The notes beneath the pieces are model-generated. The model searched no databases and was not told the DNA's origin. It saw nothing but the letters and a program-made list of their open reading frames with translations. From assembly GCA_013375385.1 (NCBI GenBank), contig JABXJY010000001.1, positions 1 to 35,926 on the forward strand: 35,926 nucleotides of DNA, given 5' to 3'. Origin of the DNA: Desulfobacterales bacterium. GTDB taxonomy: Bacteria; Desulfobacterota; DSM-4660; Desulfatiglandales; B25-G16. The position numbers and the translations under genes were made by a program. Below are positions 8,131-17,055 of the stretch, one piece after another; position 1 is the first letter of the stretch; every line of letters starts with the position of its first letter.

Positions 8131-9063
8131 TCACCTCCCCTCACCGAACATGGCCTCGGCCATCTTCTCAATCATAGGCAATCCAGTGACGTCCCGCTCC
8201 ATCTCCGGAACAAAGGCCAAAACCTCTTGGCCGAAAGTACGTTGGATGTCATCCAGATACTTCTCCTGCATCTCGATGCGGTGGAGCAGATACGCAGGGA
8301 TCTCTTTTTCCTTCAGATCGGGGGGAATGACGCGATTGACAATATACCCGCTCAACGGAACGTCGAACTTGGCAAAGAGCTGGGCAGCATTCTGGGTGTC
8401 CTTGATGATCATCTCCTCAGCCACCAGGACGAAGAAGAAGGCCGTCTTCTCCCTGTCGGTGAGGATGCTAGATGACTTGTTGATCCGGTCCTTGATGTAC
8501 AGGAGCTCGTTGAGGATGTGATCTTCCTCCACCTCTTCCTCCCGCTTTACGATTGCTGCCACCTTGTCGTATTCCCGCATCTCCTCTCGAAGCTGGGTTA
8601 TTTTGTCAATCCAGGTGTCGTAGACCGAGGCCATGCTCAGATAGTAGAGGGCGTGGCCCAGAGGAACGAGGTCGTAGATGTAGTAATCGTAACCCCCTTT
8701 GACAACGATATCGACCACCTCATCGAATATCGCGCTTTCCTCCATGGCCGGCTCGGCGGCCGCGGCCTGGATGTAGCTCTCGATCTCATCTGGTATCCTG
8801 GACAGGCCGTACATGCTGAAGATCTTCTGCCGGATCTCCTCCTGGTATTCCTTGATCCTTCGATCAGCGTCGATCTCCTGGGCATACAGGTTCTCCATGA
8901 TCTCTATAGCCCCCTTGCCGAAGATGTCGCGCTCGAAAATATCGCTCAGGGAAGCCTGGGGGTCTACGGAGAAAACCAGCACGCGATGTCCCTTCTTGGC
9001 CAGATAATAGGCCGTGGCAGCAGAGAAGGTGGTCTTGCCCAGACCTCCTTTTCCTCCAAACAT
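8131..9063 (-). CDS. ArsA/Get3-family ATPase, first of a tandem pair (true start may be the ATT at 9111)
   Basis: GGKGGLGKT P-loop, VDPQASLSD, and a degenerate switch II YDLVPLGHA. The ATG at 9063 would begin the protein only 3 residues before the P-loop. Confidence 0.85.
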   Translation of the reverse strand: MFGGKGGLGKTTFSAATAYYLAKKGHRVLVFSVDPQASLSDIFERDIFGKGAIEIMENLYAQEIDADRRIKEYQEEIRQKIFSMYGLSRIPDEIESYIQAAAAEPAMEESAIFDEVVDIVVKGGYDYYIYDLVPLGHALYYLSMASVYDTWIDKITQLREEMREYDKVAAIVKREEEVEEDHILNELLYIKDRINKSSSILTDREKTAFFFVLVAEEMIIKDTQNAAQLFAKFDVPLSGYIVNRVIPPDLKEKEIPAYLLHRIEMQEKYLDDIQRTFGQEVLAFVPEMERDVTGLPMIEKMAEAMFGEGR

Positions 9064-9189
9064 GATATACCTTCGGTCAGGGTATCGGGTGAAAATATCG
9101 GTGATTGAAATGGCAAACCTCCTTCTGACAGGTTACTCGGGACGCTGTTATTATGAGTTATTCGCTGTATCCGAGCGGGTCTACGCTTC

Positions 9190-9474
9190 TTATGCAAGTG
9201 CGTCCGTGAGGTCCTTTTCACGGAGCATCCTACGCTTCCAGGTCGCTACCTGAGGAACCACGTAGGGAAGAATACGCAGGGAATAATAGGGGGGCAGGAT
9301 CGGCACTCCCAAGAGATCACCCATGGTGATCAAGATGAAGAGATGTTCCATACTCCCGCGGGTCTTGAGGGCAAATCGGGCGGTGTCGTGGGCGGCCATC
9401 CCATAAACGACCTCCCTGGTGGCCCTTAAAGCTCTTTTTAGGACACCTTCTCTTTTCTCTTCCTGCTCGGTCAT
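9190..9474 (-). CDS. Conserved 94-aa protein, copy B (first gene of the ATPase operon)
   Basis: AGGAGA SD 6 nt upstream of the ATG at 9474. Paralogue of 6774..7058. Confidence 0.75.
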   Translation of the reverse strand: MTEQEEKREGVLKRALRATREVVYGMAAHDTARFALKTRGSMEHLFILITMGDLLGVPILPPYYSLRILPYVVPQVATWKRRMLREKDLTDALA

Positions 9475-9486
9475 GGCCAATCTCCT
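9190..9486. repeat. Right arm of the approximately 297-bp inverted repeat
   Basis: See the left arm at 6762..7058. Confidence 0.8.
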
Positions 9487-9546
9487 CTTATGCTCCATCC
9501 TGATTCAATTCTTGCCCTGCTACAAACACCTGCTTTTTCAGTCGCT

Positions 9547-9574
9547 AGTATAGTAACATTGAAAGTAATGTCAA
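9547..9574 (-). promoter_or_regulatory. Near-consensus sigma70 promoter for small-protein B and the two ATPases
   Basis: The minus strand reads TTGACA (9574-9569), a 16-nt spacer, then TATACT (9552-9547). It is preceded by an A/T-rich UP-like tract (gatttttttgatttttt). Confidence 0.6.
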
Positions 9575-9649
9575 GTAAAAAATCAAAAAAATCTCGTTAA
9601 CGTCGGATTGGATCAGGCACCTGTTAGCTATTGTTGGAGGTCATTCAAT

Positions 9650-10960
<1,311 letters not shown>

Positions 10961-11017
10961 CTACCTCAAACAGGTTTAACGTCCTCCTTATGAATGACGC
11001 AGAGAGAGGGCGCGTGA

Positions 11018-11869
11018 TTATGAATCCTTAGGCCTGAAAAAATCCTTTATGTTTATAATCTTTGGTGTATCCTTCTTTCGCGCTTCCCCACCTCTAATCT
11101 TTTTAATCTCCTCTATGTGTTCCCTTAATTCTGAATTCTTTTCCAAGATCTCCCCTATTTGATGATCAAATTGCTTCAGAGAACTCTCAAGTTCGAGGGT
11201 ATCAATAGAAAAATCAATGAAAGAGGCAATGAGACTAATAATCCTGACTACCACCCTAAAATTTGTACCCCTCAGGTAGAGCGGGGAGTGGCCCCAAAGC
11301 CCGATAAAGGGGTAGCTTTCTTTTTCCGCCCTCTGCATAATGAGAGAATGTATCCCGGAGGGACCTTCATACTCGATCAGATGAACGTCATTCTTGATGA
11401 AAACCTCTTTCCACTCCTCACAGGAATAGACTCCAGATACTATGGCCTCGGTGTGAAGGACATCATCATACATCCCCCCAATACTGATGATAAGAGAAAC
11501 ACCCCATTGTTTAAACAGATGAAACAGGATCTGAACAAAGGTGGGCCATCTATAATCTGGTTCTTGGGCCTTTAAAAGGATAAGATCATGTTCTCCTTCC
11601 CTGTTGGGGCAAAAATAGAAAGATATCTTTTTTAGATTGAGATCTTGAAGCCTTCCTTCCTTAACAGTAATAACCGGTCTGTTTTGCGTAAACTGGTAAA
11701 AATGGTCTGGATCTACTCTGGCAATCACCGTAGCCCCTTTTTTTCGAATAATGTACTCAATTGACTTCAGCGCAATATTGCCACCATTTGACCAACCGCC
11801 AAATCCGGCAATTAGTACTGGATTATGCAATGGAGGTGCTTGATAATATGTAACAAGGTCTTCAGCCAT
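11018..11869 (-). CDS. PAC2-family protein
   Basis: The pattern PVLIAGFGGWSNGGNIA ... LLKAQEP ... YEGPSGIH fits the PAC2 (proteasome assembly chaperone 2-like) family layout. Recognised from memory only. Confidence 0.65.
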   Translation of the reverse strand: MAEDLVTYYQAPPLHNPVLIAGFGGWSNGGNIALKSIEYIIRKKGATVIARVDPDHFYQFTQNRPVITVKEGRLQDLNLKKISFYFCPNREGEHDLILLKAQEPDYRWPTFVQILFHLFKQWGVSLIISIGGMYDDVLHTEAIVSGVYSCEEWKEVFIKNDVHLIEYEGPSGIHSLIMQRAEKESYPFIGLWGHSPLYLRGTNFRVVVRIISLIASFIDFSIDTLELESSLKQFDHQIGEILEKNSELREHIEEIKKIRGGEARKKDTPKIINIKDFFRPKDS

Positions 11870-12022
11870 AACTCAATACTCTCCCACTATTGCCCTTATG
11901 TCAACATGACTTTCATTTTGCTGGAGTCCGTTGATAGTCGTCACTCATCTCCGAATTGCAGCTTCCAAGCCCCCTAACCGGGTGATCGGAGGCCGTTGAA
12001 AGGACTACTGACAACTGACTGC

Positions 12023-13174
12023 TTACATCATCTTTAAGAATGTGCCTATTTTTTCTACAATATATTCAATCTGCTCATACCGTAACTCTGGATAAACCGG
12101 TAAAGCGATGGTCTTTGCTGCAGCTTCGATGGAAACAGGACAATCCTCCGGGCGATAACCCAGATACCGAAAACATTCCTGAATATGGAGAGGAACTGGA
12201 TAATAGATCTCGCACCCTATCCCCTGATTGGTTAGATATCTCTTGAGTTCATCTCTCTTGTGACTGATCTTTATTACAAATTGGTTATATATATGTCTTC
12301 CTTTATTCTCAAAGGGGAGTTCGATCTCCTCAATACCCTTCCTGGCGAAAAGCTCTCTATATGCACATGCATTCTCTCTTCTCTTTTCAGTCCACCTATC
12401 AAGATAGTTGAATTTTACAAGGAGAATGGCTGCCTGAAGGTCATCCAACCTAAAACATCCGCCGATAACTTTATGGTGATACTTTGGTTGAGATCCATGG
12501 ACCCTTATTATCTTAAGTCGTTGAAATGCTTCCTCATCACTAGTGGTAACCATGCCCCCATCCCCAAAGGAACCAAGGTTTTTCGAGGGGAAAAAAGAAA
12601 AACAACCATAGTTACCCACGGAACCCGCTCTTTTCAGAGATCCATCACTAGAATTGTATTCTGCTCCAATAGCCTGAGCCGCATCCTCAATAATTACTAT
12701 CCCTAGAGATTTTGCTACTGCTATAATGCTGTCCATATCTGCACATTGCCCAAAAAGATGAACGGGTACTATCGCCTTTAATCGAGACCTCTCTTCAGCG
12801 CTCATAGTAGAAATTCTCTTCTCCAATTTCTCCGGATCAATATTATAGGTAAGATGGTCTATATCTACAAAAACAGGAATAGCACCCAATCTGGCAATTG
12901 AACCGGCGGTGGAAAAAAAGGTATAAGGGGATGTCACTACCAAATCTCCAGGACCAATGCCGGCACTCATCAGGGATATGAGCAAGGCATCGGTGCCTGA
13001 AGAAACGCCCACTGCATACCTGGCCTGAGTGTAGGCGGCTATTTTTCTTTCCAATTCCTCTGCCTTCGGCCCCAGGATAAACCTCTGTGATTCATAAACC
13101 TCCATAGTGGCTGCTATGACCTCTTCTTTGATGGTCTCATACTGTGCCTTTAAATCCAGTAACGGTATATCCAT
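12023..13174 (-). CDS. DegT/DnrJ/EryC1/StrS-family PLP-dependent sugar aminotransferase
   Basis: N-terminus IPLLDLKAQYETIKEE and the FFPSKNLG lysine motif. Length 383 aa. Confidence 0.9.
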   Translation of the reverse strand: MDIPLLDLKAQYETIKEEVIAATMEVYESQRFILGPKAEELERKIAAYTQARYAVGVSSGTDALLISLMSAGIGPGDLVVTSPYTFFSTAGSIARLGAIPVFVDIDHLTYNIDPEKLEKRISTMSAEERSRLKAIVPVHLFGQCADMDSIIAVAKSLGIVIIEDAAQAIGAEYNSSDGSLKRAGSVGNYGCFSFFPSKNLGSFGDGGMVTTSDEEAFQRLKIIRVHGSQPKYHHKVIGGCFRLDDLQAAILLVKFNYLDRWTEKRRENACAYRELFARKGIEEIELPFENKGRHIYNQFVIKISHKRDELKRYLTNQGIGCEIYYPVPLHIQECFRYLGYRPEDCPVSIEAAAKTIALPVYPELRYEQIEYIVEKIGTFLKMM

Positions 13175-13201
13175 TCCTGATCCTCCCTGTTATGAATGAT
13201 G

Positions 13202-14365
13202 TCAATTCACCAAGTTAGAAACAGGTACTATCTCAGTCTCATTATTGAGGGTCGCCTGGTATCTCTTTAATAGGTCAAGGGTCTCTTTGTGGGGATGGCC
13301 AATGCCTATAGCCCAGCCTCTATGTCTTGACAGACTCAGCAGCCTCTCCATTTGTATCTTGAGAGCATTTTCCGACAGACCATTATCCAAGAATACATCC
13401 CTGCTGGCTGTCCTAAGGGCCATTTTTTTTGCAACCTTATATCCCACACTACTAGCAGTTGTCTTACTATCAATAAAGTAGAGGCCTCTTCTTTTCAGCT
13501 CAGCCAGCACTATCATCATCTTCTCCTCACTCTCTGTAAATCTCGATCCCATATGGTTATTAACGCCAGCAACAAAAGGTATCTGACTCAAATTCCTATC
13601 AAGCACCTCCAAGATCATTTCTCTATCCATCGATACCAGCAAGACCCCATCTCCCGGATTGATGCCAGGATATCTAATGGGTTCCAGGGGAAGATGAAGC
13701 ATTATTTCCCGTCCCTCTTTCCTGGCCTTTTGGGCAATCAGTCTCGTGTAAGGCGTAAAGGGTAAAACGGAAAAGGTAAGGGGCAGACCGAGCTTCATAA
13801 AGGCACTTGCGAGAGAACTATCATAGCCTAAGTCATCTATTATAATACCGATCTTGGGGCATGATAAACGATGAGGGGCCTCATAGCTGTCTACTATGAT
13901 TCTTAGTCTGTGAGTATAGAGACCGTTACGATAGATATTGTAGACTATTTCATTGTCTGATTCTCTCTCTAACTTGATTTGTATCGGTATGTTTAGATCG
14001 GAAATCCTGCTTCTGATTTCCCTTCCTGTCTTGGAGAGTGAATGACGATGTGGGACCCTTGCCTCTATACTGTAAAAATCCCAATTATAGCCGTCTTTGT
14101 GTCTTGGAAGCACGGATATAAAGAGTATTTTCTCTTGGGGTATCCCCATCGTATAGAATCCATCGGAAATCGCCTTATCTATGAGGCCAATATCTTTTGC
14201 TAACTGCTTTGAAGGGGCAGAGACCTCCTCAAATGGTAGGGGAACCCTTTCCTTATCCAGTCTTAAGACATGACCTATCAAAAGGGCAACAATGACGGCT
14301 ACTAATCCAAGGCCAACAAGGGCGAGACCAAGCTTGCCTTTTCTCCCGTTTTTTGATCCAACCAT
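13202..14365 (-). CDS. Divergent polysaccharide deacetylase family protein (YibQ-like) with an N-terminal membrane anchor
   Basis: IIIDDLGYD, LPLTFSVLP and HLPLEP motifs. N-terminal TM helix. Confidence 0.8.
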   Translation of the reverse strand: MVGSKNGRKGKLGLALVGLGLVAVIVALLIGHVLRLDKERVPLPFEEVSAPSKQLAKDIGLIDKAISDGFYTMGIPQEKILFISVLPRHKDGYNWDFYSIEARVPHRHSLSKTGREIRSRISDLNIPIQIKLERESDNEIVYNIYRNGLYTHRLRIIVDSYEAPHRLSCPKIGIIIDDLGYDSSLASAFMKLGLPLTFSVLPFTPYTRLIAQKARKEGREIMLHLPLEPIRYPGINPGDGVLLVSMDREMILEVLDRNLSQIPFVAGVNNHMGSRFTESEEKMMIVLAELKRRGLYFIDSKTTASSVGYKVAKKMALRTASRDVFLDNGLSENALKIQMERLLSLSRHRGWAIGIGHPHKETLDLLKRYQATLNNETEIVPVSNLVN

Positions 14366-14378
14366 GTAAGGTCCATGC

Positions 14379-15716
14379 TCATTTTTGGGTCTGCCGGCCC
14401 TCTACTTTGGAGAGAATGCCCCAGGATTGAAGTATCTGTATGGCACTTCTTAACTGATTATCACTATCAATACGTTGTTGGATGGTGGATCTTTCATCTG
14501 GTGATATTTTACTCTCTTCTTCTTTCTCTAGCCCCGGGGTCTCCCCTTGAATATGGCCCTCCAAATCCTTTTCTCTTATGACAGGAGGTTTCTTTGCCGT
14601 AGGTTTTTCCTTTGGAGGTATGAAGGCAACCTTTATGTCCGGTTCAATACCACTTGCCTGTATCGACCTCCCGCTTGGAGTATAGTATAGTGCCGTTGTA
14701 AGGCGCAAACCTGAGCCATCTGAAAGGGGAAAAAGGGTCTGCACAGACCCCTTTCCAAAGGTAGTAGAACCTAAGAGGAGGGCCCTCTTGTTGTCCTGTA
14801 AGGCTCCTGCTACTATTTCTGATGCGCTGGCGCTCCCCTCATTAATCAAGACAATCAAAGGATATGTTCGGGGCTTGCCATTCTTACGGGCAATGCTTTT
14901 CTCTTCCTTGTTATCCCGGCCCTTGATAGAGACAATCAAGCCTGAATCAAGAAATTCATCGGCTACCTCTAACGCCTGAGATAGCAGCCCACCGGGGTTG
15001 TTTCTTAAATCCAGAATCAGGCCATTCAACCTCTTCTTGCTCTCCATCTCTTCTAGAGTCTTAAAAAGCTCTTGACCAGTCTTGCTTTGGAAGTTAGAAA
15101 TCCTGACGTAGCCTATATCGGAAGGAAGGAGAAATGAGCGAACACTTTTTATAGGTATCACATCCCTGGTGATCAGAAAACCAATTGGTTTTTCTACGCC
15201 TTTCCTCCTGATAGTCAGCCCGATCTTGCTGCCCTTAGGCCCCCGAATAAGTTTAACGGCCTCCATGATGGAGAAATCCTTTGTTGATGTGCTTCCTATC
15301 ATGATTATTTGGTCTCCTGCCTTTATCCCAGCCTTAAATGCAGGTGTCCCCTCAATGGGGGAGACTACGGTGAGTACATTGTCTCTGATGGTTATCTCAA
15401 CCCCTACCCCAGAAAAGCTTCCCTTTGTCTCTATCATCAATTCCTTGTATTCCTCCTGACTCATAAAAAAGGAGTGAGGATCCAAGGTTCTGACCATCCC
15501 CTTTATGGCTCCGTATATAAGCTCTTTTGGGTCTGTGCCTTCGACATAGTTTTTTTCAATCTTATGTAGAACTTCTCCAAGCACCTCAATGTTCCTGTAT
15601 ACCTCTTTTGTGCCGGCCAAAACATCTTGATAACCATCGCTGACAAGAAGTGAAAATAGCAGGCAGATGAAAATAAGTGCCTGATAAATAAAATGATTGT
15701 GTTTCGCCTTTACCAT
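14379..15716 (-). CDS. ctpA: Carboxyl-terminal processing protease (S41 family) with a PDZ domain
   Basis: NEGSASASEIVAGALQD (catalytic Ser) and TFGKGSVQ (catalytic Lys) motifs. Signal-anchor N-terminus. Confidence 0.9.
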   Translation of the reverse strand: MVKAKHNHFIYQALIFICLLFSLLVSDGYQDVLAGTKEVYRNIEVLGEVLHKIEKNYVEGTDPKELIYGAIKGMVRTLDPHSFFMSQEEYKELMIETKGSFSGVGVEITIRDNVLTVVSPIEGTPAFKAGIKAGDQIIMIGSTSTKDFSIMEAVKLIRGPKGSKIGLTIRRKGVEKPIGFLITRDVIPIKSVRSFLLPSDIGYVRISNFQSKTGQELFKTLEEMESKKRLNGLILDLRNNPGGLLSQALEVADEFLDSGLIVSIKGRDNKEEKSIARKNGKPRTYPLIVLINEGSASASEIVAGALQDNKRALLLGSTTFGKGSVQTLFPLSDGSGLRLTTALYYTPSGRSIQASGIEPDIKVAFIPPKEKPTAKKPPVIREKDLEGHIQGETPGLEKEEESKISPDERSTIQQRIDSDNQLRSAIQILQSWGILSKVEGRQTQK

Positions 15717-15796
15717 CCCTTTTCTCCCTTTCTTGCTAAGATGTTAGCTTTTCGGTGTAACCGTTCAGCCTCTAATGATACCTTGGTGTCTGCCTG

Positions 15797-15844
15797 CCCT
15801 GTTAAATGCCGCCTCTGGCGGCCCCCTGTGGGGATTTAACAGGG
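15797..15844. repeat. Compact nested palindrome with a predicted three-way junction
   Basis: Outer 11-bp stem CCCTGTTAAAT / ATTTAACAGGG encloses GCCGCC-tct-GGCGGC and CCCC-tgt-GGGG with no linker nucleotides. Confidence 0.5.
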
Positions 15845-15885
15845 TGAATGTCAAAACCCTACGAACCCTATAAACTCAACAAACA

Positions 15886-17055
15886 CTAGTCTATTTTAAG
15901 CCATGTTTCGGGGTCAAGATGATTTCCTCCTCTTCTTATTTCAAAATATATTCCTGGTCCCACGTGCCAACCAAGATCTCCTACCAGACCCACTACTTCT
16001 CCACCTGAAACCATCTCTCCTTTTTCCTTTACTCTCTCCTCAAGGTGGGCAAGGATAGTAAAATAATGGGATCCATGGCTAATAACCATTAACTGCCCAT
16101 ATCCTTTAAACCATCCAGAATAATCGATCCTGCCAGGAAAAACCGATCTAATCTCCTGCCCTGGAGAACCTTTAATATATATTCCTTTTCTATGCATAAA
16201 TGGGTTGGACCCAAATTGCTTGATATCTCTTAGTATTTTTCCCTTGAGAGGAGGCGGTAATTTGCCTTTCATTTCAGCAAACCCTTTTGTTAAAAGCCTT
16301 TCCCTTTCCTCCGTCTCTAAATGTACCATGGTCTGATTAAGGGCTTGGGCGGCCTCTTTCAGTTCCTGAACCGCTTTTGCATAAAACTCCTTCTCTTTAT
16401 GTACCTTCATCAACAAAAAAACCTTTTTTTCAATATATTTCTCAAGCAGGGCCATCCTTCTATCTTCGGCTTTTTTTAACACCTCAATGGTAGCCATATT
16501 TTCCTTGAGCACCTCGAGCTCATTCTCAACTTGACTCCTCTGTCTGCCCAGCATATTCAGAATCTGTCTGTCCTGATCAACAATAGCCTTCATATACTTT
16601 ATTGTCTTCTGAAATTCTTGTAGGGATGCAGGGGTGGCAAGAAGCCCTACGTATCCGGGCCCCCCAGACTTATAAAATGCTACTAACCGCTCTTTTAAAC
16701 ACTCCTCGACAGCATGGGAAGATCGGTTTAGTTGCTGAATCCTTCTCTGCCCACCCTGGATCTCCCTGGAAACCTTTCTTATCTGGCTTGATAACCCCCT
16801 CAGTGACTTCCTGTTTGCGGCAACTTCTTTTTCTAACCTTTCTATCTCCTCCAGGATATCCTTCTCCTTAATATCAACGCTTAGCAGTTCTCCTTGCTGT
16901 TCTAGAAGCTCCTTTTCTATCTGCTGAATCTGAGAGCGAGTAATTTCCACAGGAGCTCTCTCTTCTGCTTCTGAGAAATCTATAAAGAAAAGAGCAAGAA
17001 AAACAGTATACAGTATTGAAAGGAATGATAGAAAACCTTTGATTTTCGGGTTCAT
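15886..17055 (-). CDS. envC: EnvC-like murein hydrolase activator (coiled coil plus degenerate LytM/M23 domain)
   Basis: Long coiled-coil N-terminal half. In the C-terminal M23 fold, HxxxD is replaced (RKGIYIK) and HxH is replaced (GIYFE). Its start overlaps the ftsX stop by 4 nt. Confidence 0.8.
   Translation of the reverse strand: MNPKIKGFLSFLSILYTVFLALFFIDFSEAEERAPVEITRSQIQQIEKELLEQQGELLSVDIKEKDILEEIERLEKEVAANRKSLRGLSSQIRKVSREIQGGQRRIQQLNRSSHAVEECLKERLVAFYKSGGPGYVGLLATPASLQEFQKTIKYMKAIVDQDRQILNMLGRQRSQVENELEVLKENMATIEVLKKAEDRRMALLEKYIEKKVFLLMKVHKEKEFYAKAVQELKEAAQALNQTMVHLETEERERLLTKGFAEMKGKLPPPLKGKILRDIKQFGSNPFMHRKGIYIKGSPGQEIRSVFPGRIDYSGWFKGYGQLMVISHGSHYFTILAHLEERVKEKGEMVSGGEVVGLVGDLGWHVGPGIYFEIRRGGNHLDPETWLKID

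Noticed and set aside
7141-9063. Reading the ArsA-family genes as an arsenic resistance (ars) operon
   Set aside because: No arsB/acr3, arsC or arsR is in the window. The metalloid-binding cysteines are absent, with zero Cys in one protein and one in the other.
7846-9108. Long plus-strand ORFs (7846..8475, 7916..8521, 8518..9108; 196-209 aa) opposite the ArsA-like genes
   Set aside because: They are antisense shadow ORFs of GC3-rich genes. The translations are low-complexity (Leu/Arg/Pro/Ser-rich) with no motifs or RBS, while the minus-strand frames carry clear P-loop ATPase signatures.
11018-11869. PAC2-family protein as evidence for a proteasome system
   Set aside because: No proteasome, Pup or Mpa/ARC genes are in the window. 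PAC2-family proteins occur in bacteria without proteasomes, so no functional inference is made.
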